Of a stretch of 59,537 nucleotides of DNA, positions 27,838 to 36,186 are shown in pieces (the first letter of the stretch is position 1; the number at the start of each line of letters is the position of its first letter). The notes below the pieces were generated by a model that saw only the letters and a list, made by a program, of their open reading frames with translations, searched no databases and was not told the DNA's origin. Source of the stretch: a virus (Duplodnaviria; Caudoviricetes); IMG/VR virus record IMGVR_UViG_3300043640_000359, positions 1 to 59,537 of that record, one strand, 5' to 3'. A program made the position numbers and the translations under genes.

Positions 27838-30048
27838 GTGGATTGGACCGACTCACCCAAACTCCGACCCTACGAGAACCACGGGGTGCTGTTCGCGAGC
27901 AGCCGTGGAAAGGAAGCGATCGGCTTGTGCCCCTTCACCGGGAAGCGAGACAAGTTCTACGTCAACATCGACAACGGTCTCTGGGACTCCAAGACCGCGG
28001 GCATGGGCGGCAACGTCCATCAGTTCCTGGAACAGATCCAGAAGATCTACCAGGAGGCGATGACCCCCGAGCGGTTGAAGGCGTTGGCCGATCACCGCAA
28101 GCTCCCCATGCGCGCGTTCGAGGACTGGGACCTTGGGTGGGACGGCGACTACGAGCGGAAGATCGACGGGGTCACGGTGCGTGGTGCGTACACACTCCCC
28201 GTGTACGATACGTCGGGCACGATGATCGATATCCGCCGCTACAACCTCTCCGCCAAGAGCATGATGTCCACGGCCGGGATGAAGGTGGGCCTGATGGGTG
28301 CGCACAAGCTCACCGCCAAGCCCAGCGCTCCCGTGTACATCTGCGAAGGCGAGTGGGACTGCATCGCGCTCACGTGGCTGCTGGAGCGTCTCGAGATCGA
28401 CGCCGTGGTGCTGGGACTCCCAGGTGCCGGCGTGATGAAGAGCGAGTGGTCGGGATGGCTGACCGGTCGCATCATCCACTTGCTCTACGACAACGACCGC
28501 GCCGGTCGCGTAGGCGAACTGAGCGCGTGGGAGAAGCTGAAGACCGTTTCTCGTCACATCACTTTCACGCATTGGCCGGCGGACGACGTGCCCGACGGCT
28601 TCGACGTGCGTGACTGGGTAGTGTATGGTGCGGTGGAGAAGAAGACGCCGAAGATGTGCTGGGAGCGGCTCCAGGGATTGTTCCGGAAAGAGCCGCGCGA
28701 TCTCAACGCGACCCTCATCGATGAGAAGGTTACAAAGAAACTCCGACTGGTGAAGCGCAAGCCCACCGAAGCGGAGACGAAGAAGGCCGGATGGAAGCCT
28801 ACGCTCGAGGAGGTGCACGCCACCTTCTCGAAATGGCTGCATCTCCGCAACACCGACGCCATCGACGTCATGCTCGCCACGGTGCTGTCGCAGCGTATTG
28901 GCGGCAACGATCCCTGCTGGGTATTCCTGGTGGGTCCGCCGGGGAGCGCCAAGACGGCCATCCTGAATTCCATCTCCGACTACGAGATGGTCTACGCCAC
29001 CAGCTCCCTCACGCCCCACTCACTGATCTCTGGTGCGAAAGTGGACGGCGTGGATCCGTCGTTGATTCCGCGGTTGAACGGCCGCGTGTTGATGGTCAAA
29101 GACTTCACCTCCATCCTGTGCATGCGCGAGATGGACAAGGAGGAAATCTTCGGCTACCTGCGCGACGCCTACGACGGCCGTTGCGGTAAGGTGTTCGGCA
29201 ACGGCGTGGAACGAAGCTATGTGTCGCGCTTCACAATCGTCGCGGCCGTCACCCCGCGCATCTACGACCTGGGCGAGAACCACCAGGCACTCGGCGAACG
29301 GTTCCTGAAGTTCACGGTGGGCGACAACCTCAATCACGACCAGGAGAACGACATCATCGATCGCGCCATTGCGAACATCGGCACCAGCGATGCCATGAAC
29401 GTGGAGTTGCGCGCGGTGGTCGAAGCGTTCCTCACCAACACCATCGCGCAAGAGGTGACGGTGATCCCGCACATCGAGCACGAGATGGCGGTTCGCATTC
29501 GCGAGCTTGGCAAGTTCGGCGCGAAGATGCGCGGCACGGTCTCACGGCATCACTATCACAACGATGTGATGACGGCACGTCCCTCCGCAGAGATCGGGAG
29601 TCGTCTCGGGATCCAGCTGGCGAAGCTCGCGCAGTCGGTCGCGCTGCTGCATCAACGCGCCACCGTCAGCGACGACGACTATCGTATCATCAAGAAGGTG
29701 GCACTGGATACCATCTCGCAGCGTATCGAGGATGTGGTGCGCTATATGTTGAAGGCGTGCCCCAACCCGGACCACTTCATCTCGACGAAGGAAGTGGCCA
29801 ACATTACCAACTACCCGCTGGCCACCTGCACACGAATCCTGGACGACCTACTGGCGTTGAAGGTGGTGGCGCGCAAGGGCAGTGGCTACCGCTATGCGTG
29901 GAGTGTGACGCCCTACATTCGGAACGCCGTGCGCATCAGCGGCATCTACGACGCGGCCGAGCAGCGCAACCGAGAGGTGGGCACGTGGTTCACGCTGCGC
30001 CGCAAGCGGAAGCCGCGCCGGCAGACGGCGGAGCCGGTTACGCCCTAG
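27838..30048 (+). CDS. Primase-helicase fusion (Toprim plus MCM-like AAA+)
   Basis: CPF, CEGEWD, YDNDRAG, GPPGSAKT, KDFTS and ERFL. Confidence 0.85.
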   Translation: MDWTDSPKLRPYENHGVLFASSRGKEAIGLCPFTGKRDKFYVNIDNGLWDSKTAGMGGNVHQFLEQIQKIYQEAMTPERLKALADHRKLPMRAFEDWDLGWDGDYERKIDGVTVRGAYTLPVYDTSGTMIDIRRYNLSAKSMMSTAGMKVGLMGAHKLTAKPSAPVYICEGEWDCIALTWLLERLEIDAVVLGLPGAGVMKSEWSGWLTGRIIHLLYDNDRAGRVGELSAWEKLKTVSRHITFTHWPADDVPDGFDVRDWVVYGAVEKKTPKMCWERLQGLFRKEPRDLNATLIDEKVTKKLRLVKRKPTEAETKKAGWKPTLEEVHATFSKWLHLRNTDAIDVMLATVLSQRIGGNDPCWVFLVGPPGSAKTAILNSISDYEMVYATSSLTPHSLISGAKVDGVDPSLIPRLNGRVLMVKDFTSILCMREMDKEEIFGYLRDAYDGRCGKVFGNGVERSYVSRFTIVAAVTPRIYDLGENHQALGERFLKFTVGDNLNHDQENDIIDRAIANIGTSDAMNVELRAVVEAFLTNTIAQEVTVIPHIEHEMAVRIRELGKFGAKMRGTVSRHHYHNDVMTARPSAEIGSRLGIQLAKLAQSVALLHQRATVSDDDYRIIKKVALDTISQRIEDVVRYMLKACPNPDHFISTKEVANITNYPLATCTRILDDLLALKVVARKGSGYRYAWSVTPYIRNAVRISGIYDAAEQRNREVGTWFTLRRKRKPRRQTAEPVTP

Positions 30049-30206
30049 GGTTCGCCGGCCGGCCAAACCGCCTGGATTGGCTGGCCCGGCGCTCCGCCTT
30101 GCCGCAAACGGGGGTCCGCCCCTAGCCTTGGGAGGGTCGCCGCGGCGATCGTTCCTAAGGCCTTCTAAGGGTTTTCGTTCTTAACCCGATCAATCTAAGG
30201 GAGTTA

Positions 30207-30235
30207 ACCCCGGCCCACACAAGGTAGGCCGGGGT
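30207..30235. terminator. Stem-loop between the convergent arms
   Basis: ACCCCGGCC/GGCCGGGGT. Confidence 0.55.
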
Positions 30236-30245
30236 CCGAGGGAGG

Positions 30246-30488
30246 CTAGGCGTGCGGATCGGTCTCGCCGGCCGTCTGCGCGGCCACACGACGGGCGATC
30301 TCGTCGTCTACGCGCGCCAATTCCGCCGCATAGCGGACGCCCGTGTCCACAAGGGACTTGCGCTGGGCGTCGGTGTAGTCGGTGCCGAACTGATCGAAGA
30401 CCCAGTTGAGGCCTTTGCCGATCTGCTCGAGAGTCAACCCGGCACCGCGGAACGCGGCGACAAGCTGGAGAACGCCTGACAGGTCCAT
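30246..30488 (-). CDS. Small hypothetical protein at the end of the lysis cassette
   Basis: 80 aa, amphipathic N-terminus. Confidence 0.65.
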   Translation of the reverse strand: MDLSGVLQLVAAFRGAGLTLEQIGKGLNWVFDQFGTDYTDAQRKSLVDTGVRYAAELARVDDEIARRVAAQTAGETDPHA

Positions 30489-30491
30489 GGG

Positions 30492-31229
30492 CTACTTCGC
30501 TTTCTCGTAGGCGACTGCCAGCGCGCGACCCAGCGTGGCGGTCAGTTGTGCTTCCTGTGCGCCGTCGAACGTGTCCACCACAGCGGTCTGTAGCTTCGCG
30601 ATCTGCGCCACGAGTGGGCCGAGCTTATCGAACTGACGGGCCTGTGCCGCGGTATTGAACTCGCGACCAGTCGCCAGCGCTTCACGAACGACGACCTGTA
30701 CGTTGAGGCACGGCTTCGCCAACGGCGACGTCGTGTTCTCGGGAGCCGGACAGAACTTCGATACCATCTGACTGGCTTCGATCAGATAGTCCGCGGTCTG
30801 TTTGTCGGCAGTAACGACAGCTTGGTTCTGGCGCGCACTGCAGGCCAGGCCCGACAGCATCGTGGCCGCAATGAAGAAGGCCACGTACTTCTTGCCGTTG
30901 CCCAGCAGCGTGTTCACGCCGTTGACGCTACTGTCGAGCGACTTGGTGATCGTCAGGGCCCACTCGCGGCCACCGCTCGCCACCATGGCCGTCATGACGC
31001 TCTGTGCCAGCAGCGCGCCGAGCTCGCCGTCGAGCGTGTGCAGCACGCTGTGGGCCAGCCATGTACCGAAGCCGGACAGCCCGACCGCGTACACCCAAAT
31101 GGGGACCTTCTTGAGCACGGGGATTTCAGTAGCGGTGCGCTTGAGCACTTCGATCACGGCCCACACCGCGAGGCCAATGCCTCCGACGGTGGTGAACCAT
31201 GTCATGGGATCGAACACTTGCGGGTCCAT
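30492..31229 (-). CDS. Holin-like domain followed by lipobox and helical domain
   Basis: Three hydrophobic helices, then KKYVAFFIAATMLSGLAC; AAGGAG RBS. Confidence 0.6.
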   Translation of the reverse strand: MDPQVFDPMTWFTTVGGIGLAVWAVIEVLKRTATEIPVLKKVPIWVYAVGLSGFGTWLAHSVLHTLDGELGALLAQSVMTAMVASGGREWALTITKSLDSSVNGVNTLLGNGKKYVAFFIAATMLSGLACSARQNQAVVTADKQTADYLIEASQMVSKFCPAPENTTSPLAKPCLNVQVVVREALATGREFNTAAQARQFDKLGPLVAQIAKLQTAVVDTFDGAQEAQLTATLGRALAVAYEKAK

Positions 31230-31263
31230 AGGGTCTCCTTGAAACGGGGGTTGAGTGGGTGCC

Positions 31264-33033
31264 CTATCGGGTCTGACCCACGAAGAGCCGGCCGACGTCG
31301 CCGAAGCTCACTGTGAACGATCCGCCGGCTGGCGCGCTCACATCCTGGCACGACTGCGCGGCCGTGTCGCAGAGCTTTCCGGCGAAGCCTTTGTCCACGT
31401 GCATGGTGTAGGTTCCAGGCCGTGGTCCATGAATGACGTAGTCGAAGCGACCGTCGCTATTGATCACGCCATCGATACGTACATCTCCTGACGACGGTGG
31501 CGCGAGTACACGGAAGGTACGCCAGCTGTCACCGCTATGGTGGATGGTGGTGAACGTCGCCACATCGCGATGCATCTGGCGAACGGTCCACGGGATCTGG
31601 TTGAACCCCACCACGTTCTCGAAGCTCTGGTAGCGCTGCACACAGTTGCCGCACATCTCCGATCCGATGCCGCGTACCGTCTGCATTGCCACGATGAGCG
31701 AGAGCGCCTCAGGCGAGTTCATCTCCTGCCCGTTGGATGTCGCACTCACACAGCGCAGCGAACCGCCGCACACCGGCGCACCAACGCCTTCACCATCTAC
31801 CCAGAAACGGTTCCACTTGCCAGGTGCCTCGTACAGCCACGTGAACCGCCGACGCACTTTGTCGTCCGCGTGGAGGTCGCGGTCGCCGTGGTAGTAGCCA
31901 AACGGTTGGTCGCTTGGGGTGAAGAGCTTCTGAGCGAAGCGGTCGCCGGGCGTATCCCATACGATGTTGCTGGCATGACCAAGATGCCACAGCATCCCCG
32001 TCCCGTCCACGACAACCCGGATCAGCGCACGGAGATGCGTGGGGTCCACGTCGCCGTTGTCGTCGGAGGTACCGTGCGTGCTGCTCGGTTCGTTGACCGG
32101 CGAGGCCCACGCAAACTTCCACGCACCGACACGATCCACTACGGCACGGAACTGCCGCATGACCGCGAACTCTTGGTCGCTGTTCAGGCCGTCAATGCCA
32201 CCGGTCTCGAGCGTGAGGCGCATGCCGCGCTCGACCACCGCATCGGCCAGCGAGGCTTCCCACTCCACGAAATGAGCGTGGCGCGCGTCCAGTCCGTCGT
32301 AGGCCGGCGAACCGCCGTGGGCCCAGACACTGCTCCCACCGCTTGGGCGGATGTGCGACCACGAGCGGAGGATGTGATACCCCTGCCGTGCCGCCGCGTC
32401 GAGATCACCGAGGATCTCACCCACGTACCGGTCACGCTCGCCGGCGTCGCTGATGGCTTGAGCCGCATGCCAGCGCAGCGGCAGGTCGCCCATGTGGAGA
32501 ATAACGAATGTCCGCGGCCCTGTGTCGTCGCCACACACCCCACTCTCGCACCAGATGCGGCCTTGCACCGGGTCCGCATTGACCCCAGGTGGAGGCTCAG
32601 GCAGTGCATCTCTGGCGAGGTGGACACGGTGTTCCGGTCCCGCGAGATTGCACGACGCACCGAGATCTCCGCAGTTGACGGTGTGCCATCCCTCGAGGAT
32701 AAACGCATAGTCAGCCGGTGCGCAGGCCCATCGATGCGAGAAGCCGTTACCGTCGCTGATACGGTCCGTATCCTGTGCGGTCGAAGCAATGCGGACATTC
32801 GGTAGCGGGTTGCTGGCGCCGTCCAGCGTATAGATGACCACATCGCGGCCGTCACACGACGATGGTGGCGTCCCAGGATCGGGCACGCAATTCTCGTCGA
32901 CCTGACCGTCGCCGTTGTTGTCCATGCCATCGCCGCAAATTTCGATGGGAGGTGTGATGATGGGTGGCCGGTTGCCTGCACAGGCAACGGCCGCGAAGAG
33001 CGCGACGATCCACAACCAACGTAGGGTACGCAT
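31264..33033 (-). CDS. Lipoprotein with MopE-like motif and glycoside-hydrolase-like domain
   Basis: Lipobox AVAC; EICGDGMDNNGDGQVDE; LDAAARQGYHILRSW, VNEP and WVDGE (clan GH-A-like). Confidence 0.6.
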   Translation of the reverse strand: MRTLRWLWIVALFAAVACAGNRPPIITPPIEICGDGMDNNGDGQVDENCVPDPGTPPSSCDGRDVVIYTLDGASNPLPNVRIASTAQDTDRISDGNGFSHRWACAPADYAFILEGWHTVNCGDLGASCNLAGPEHRVHLARDALPEPPPGVNADPVQGRIWCESGVCGDDTGPRTFVILHMGDLPLRWHAAQAISDAGERDRYVGEILGDLDAAARQGYHILRSWSHIRPSGGSSVWAHGGSPAYDGLDARHAHFVEWEASLADAVVERGMRLTLETGGIDGLNSDQEFAVMRQFRAVVDRVGAWKFAWASPVNEPSSTHGTSDDNGDVDPTHLRALIRVVVDGTGMLWHLGHASNIVWDTPGDRFAQKLFTPSDQPFGYYHGDRDLHADDKVRRRFTWLYEAPGKWNRFWVDGEGVGAPVCGGSLRCVSATSNGQEMNSPEALSLIVAMQTVRGIGSEMCGNCVQRYQSFENVVGFNQIPWTVRQMHRDVATFTTIHHSGDSWRTFRVLAPPSSGDVRIDGVINSDGRFDYVIHGPRPGTYTMHVDKGFAGKLCDTAAQSCQDVSAPAGGSFTVSFGDVGRLFVGQTR

Positions 33034-33044
33034 TGTGCCTTCTC

Positions 33045-33530
33045 CTAGAATGTGACTGAACCGTTCCGAACTTGCACCAACCATCGATGGACACCGTCCA
33101 CATACGCTTGGGTGCGCTTGGGAAACACGCCGGGTTTATTGTCGGCGGTCTTTCCGCCGTTGTACGCGGCCAACGCCGCCTCGACATCGCCCTTGGCCCA
33201 CATCATCCGTTCGTGCAGGATGGCACAGCCCCAGTTCAACCCGATGTCGGGGATGGTGAGCCACTCGGGCGGATCGGTCTTCGAGTAGCCCATCTCGCGC
33301 GCCGTGACGTACATCGCCTGCATCAAGCCATAGCTGGCGGCAATACGCTCGGGGATGCCGTCCCGATAAAGCGGATTATTCGCGCAGTAAGTCAACCAGA
33401 ACTTCGGCTCGTACCGATACGCGCCGGTACGCCCAGCGGACTCCTGCAGGCAGACCGCCACGACCAGGTCGACGTCGAGGTGATGCCGGAGCGCCGCATC
33501 TGACGCCTCTGCACGATACCAGAACTTCAT
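33045..33530 (-). CDS. Endolysin, SLT lytic transglycosylase
   Basis: QES, SYGLMQ and ALAAYNGG. Confidence 0.9.
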   Translation of the reverse strand: MKFWYRAEASDAALRHHLDVDLVVAVCLQESAGRTGAYRYEPKFWLTYCANNPLYRDGIPERIAASYGLMQAMYVTAREMGYSKTDPPEWLTIPDIGLNWGCAILHERMMWAKGDVEAALAAYNGGKTADNKPGVFPKRTQAYVDGVHRWLVQVRNGSVTF

Positions 33531-34174
33531 GCCATGCTCCCTGGTGTGGAGGTAGGGTTGTCGCGCACCGTGATGGTGCCGAACCACCCAATGGTTTCCT
33601 TCTCCACAATGTCGCGCATGGGTGTGGCTTCCATGTACACCTGCTTGGAGCTGGAGCCGGCTCCCGTCAGCAAGCGGAAATCTGCCCGGAACAGTCGCTG
33701 ATCCTTCACCGCGTGGGCCCACTCCGTGGCGATGTGGCGTCGGTCTTCGATGTACACGGCGCTGAACCAACCGTTGCCGAGGAGTTCGTCCAAGCTGAAG
33801 CCGGTGAGCTCCTCGTAGGCGTGGTTCACATGCACGTACAGACCCTTGGCGTTGGTCTCAAACAGCGGACGCGAGAACGCATGGCCGATGGCCGACTGTC
33901 GCGCCTCGGACCGCCGCACGGTATCCTCAATACGATCGATGGCATCGCGCAAACTCTTGCCGCCGTTCACGCCCATCTGATCTTTCATGGTTTTCTGTGA
34001 CACCTGCACTTCGGTGAGACCGGTCTGCAGGGTATCGATGCGCTGGAAGAAGCTCTTCCAGTTGTCGCGTCGGGTCTTCAACCACTTCCACACACCCCAC
34101 AGGACGCCCAGTGCGCCCGCGGCGTAGACGATGAATCGAGACCACTGCTCGAGATGCGAGAGGTCCAACCACAT
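33527..34174 (-). CDS. Single-TM coiled-coil protein with C-terminal PAS domain
   Basis: TM helix; NGGKSLRDAIDRIE; FETNAKG..VNHAYEELTGFS.DELLGNGW..DR PAS signature. Confidence 0.8.
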   Translation of the reverse strand: MWLDLSHLEQWSRFIVYAAGALGVLWGVWKWLKTRRDNWKSFFQRIDTLQTGLTEVQVSQKTMKDQMGVNGGKSLRDAIDRIEDTVRRSEARQSAIGHAFSRPLFETNAKGLYVHVNHAYEELTGFSLDELLGNGWFSAVYIEDRRHIATEWAHAVKDQRLFRADFRLLTGAGSSSKQVYMEATPMRDIVEKETIGWFGTITVRDNPTSTPGSMA

Positions 34175-34184
34175 AACTCACTCC

Positions 34185-34667
34185 CTACGCCGTAACATAC
34201 GGGAAGGAAAAGTACAGCCAAAAGTTGTTGGGCGAGATGGAGAAATTGACACCATCCGTCCGTGTGATGAGGAGCGTCGTGCCGCTGACCGGTTGAATAA
34301 TCGCTGAGGTCTCACCTCCGTTGTCAATGCAATAGCCGACCTGTCGTACGCATCCGCCCACCGCAATACTCCCGATGGGGATGGTGTACGTGATCGACGC
34401 GGTCGATGCGCTCAACGACGACTGGACAATCTGTGCCGTGACCCATACTTCGTTCATCACGACCATGTAGAAGTGCGAACCGAGGTCCACATTCTGTACG
34501 GTCCAGAGTCCGGTAGCTGCCGTGAAGAGTGCGGCGTTGTACGCGATGTTGACCTTCGCTGCGCCGCTCGGGAGCATGAACAACATCTCGTCGCGAATCG
34601 CCGCGTTCATCTTCGCGGCGTCGCCCATCTCGCCGCCGATCCACTGCCGTGGCGTATTCCAAGCCAT
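34185..34667 (-). CDS. Small tail fibre/adhesin paralog 3
   Basis: MAWNTPRQWIGGE..MNAAIRD; TAATG overlap. Confidence 0.7.
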   Translation of the reverse strand: MAWNTPRQWIGGEMGDAAKMNAAIRDEMLFMLPSGAAKVNIAYNAALFTAATGLWTVQNVDLGSHFYMVVMNEVWVTAQIVQSSLSASTASITYTIPIGSIAVGGCVRQVGYCIDNGGETSAIIQPVSGTTLLITRTDGVNFSISPNNFWLYFSFPYVTA

Positions 34668-35167
34668 TAGAGCCTCACCGCGAAGGAGACCGCCACGTAG
34701 ACGTAGAAGTTGGCTTCGGGTAGCGTAAAGTTCGCACCGTTCGTCAACGAGATGGTGATCGCGGTTGCACCGGCACCGGGGAGAATACTCCCGGCCGCGA
34801 CCACCCCACCGGCGAACATGAACCCCGATCGTTGGAATCCCGACTGCAGGATGGTCATACCGTCGGGGAGTCCAATCTGTATGGCCGGACTCGCCGACCC
34901 TCCGAACACGGACGTGGTGATCTGCGCCACATAGAAGATACGATTGCCGCACCGTGTGTAGTACTCTGCCGCGCGATCGCCGGCGTCAACGGTCCACGTC
35001 ATGGGTGCGACCCCCGTGAAGCGACCGGCGTCAAACGGAATGGGACTAGCCGAACGCGCGGGACTTCCGAACGGATTCAGGAAGAGGAAGTTATCCCGAA
35101 TCTGCGTGTTGAGGTAACTGGCCGGAACCAGCTCACCGTCGATCCACGTACGAGGTGCGGTCCACAT
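34667..35167 (-). CDS. Small tail fibre/adhesin paralog 2
   Basis: MWTAPRTWIDGE..LNTQIRDN. Confidence 0.7.
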   Translation of the reverse strand: MWTAPRTWIDGELVPASYLNTQIRDNFLFLNPFGSPARSASPIPFDAGRFTGVAPMTWTVDAGDRAAEYYTRCGNRIFYVAQITTSVFGGSASPAIQIGLPDGMTILQSGFQRSGFMFAGGVVAAGSILPGAGATAITISLTNGANFTLPEANFYVYVAVSFAVRL

Positions 35168-35169
35168 AA

Positions 35170-35700
35170 TTAAACCGGGGTGATGGCTAGCGGCATCGTC
35201 AGATACACAAATGTGGTGTTGGCCGTTACGATGAACGCGATCGTGATCGCCGCGATCTCAATTTTTCCACTACTGGCATTGGCCGTGGCCAGGCATCGAA
35301 TGGACGATGTTGCTTGCGCAAAGTACGTGACGCGGTCGAAGGTAGAATCTGAGAGCCGCGTATCCAATCCGTCTGGAAGCTTGATACTCAGCGTGCTGTT
35401 CGGTGTCCCGCCCACAGTGGTCGTGATGAGCTGGATTGTGTAGAGGCAGAATGGACCCGTGATCGAGTACCACTCAGCCGCGACATCGGCCACTTGTACG
35501 GTCCACGTCATCGCACCATTGCCGGTGAAGCGCGCCGCGTCGAACGTGTTCAGGTTGACAACCGTAATGTTGGTGCCGACGTTGTCGGTGGTGTTGGCGT
35601 GTGGGTTCAACACACGGAGGTTGTTCCGGATGTGGGTGTTGAACAACGACGCGTTCGTGTCTTCGCCGGCAATCCAGGTTCGTGGCGCGGTCCAGGCCAT
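35170..35700 (-). CDS. Small tail fibre/adhesin paralog 1
   Basis: MAWTAPRTWIAGE..FNTHIRNN. Confidence 0.7.
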   Translation of the reverse strand: MAWTAPRTWIAGEDTNASLFNTHIRNNLRVLNPHANTTDNVGTNITVVNLNTFDAARFTGNGAMTWTVQVADVAAEWYSITGPFCLYTIQLITTTVGGTPNSTLSIKLPDGLDTRLSDSTFDRVTYFAQATSSIRCLATANASSGKIEIAAITIAFIVTANTTFVYLTMPLAITPV

Positions 35701-35702
35701 GG

Positions 35703-36179
35703 TTACTTTCGCGGATAGGTCAACGTCTTCGTGACGCCGTGTACAACGTTCTCACCGTCGAGGCCAATCGGTTTCTCCCACGGTTGCCAGTTGCGCGTGT
35801 CGGGATCCGGCCGCTTGCTCAGGAGCGTTTCGATCTTGGCACGTGTCTCTGGATCCGGTTGCACGATGTCCGTGAAGAGTGCCCCACAAGTGAAGCACCA
35901 CGCACGGGCCCACCCCGGCACAACCGCCACACCACCCTTGCAGTGCGGGCAGTCGCCACACCAGCGGCCTTGGTTCACGTACACCGTCACCGGTGTGGGA
36001 GACGCCCACGAGGGACGACCATTCAGCTTCATCGCGGCGTGATGCTCTTGACAGGCGTCGTCTTCGCGCCGGATGTTCCGCTCACGGAACCATTCGATGT
36101 ACTGTCGGGCGTCACGCAGCGCATTGGGCTGAACGCCCATCTGTGCGAGTCGCTTCTGCATCTCTTCGATCAGGGACAT
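35703..36179 (-). CDS. Tail-region Zn-binding protein
   Basis: CPHC...CFTC and TRNWQPWE. Confidence 0.6.
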   Translation of the reverse strand: MSLIEEMQKRLAQMGVQPNALRDARQYIEWFRERNIRREDDACQEHHAAMKLNGRPSWASPTPVTVYVNQGRWCGDCPHCKGGVAVVPGWARAWCFTCGALFTDIVQPDPETRAKIETLLSKRPDPDTRNWQPWEKPIGLDGENVVHGVTKTLTYPRK

Positions 36180-36186
36180 GAGTGCC

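Noticed and set aside
34185-35700. Diversity-generating retroelement or shufflon
   Set aside because: No reverse transcriptase, invertase or near-identical template repeat seen.
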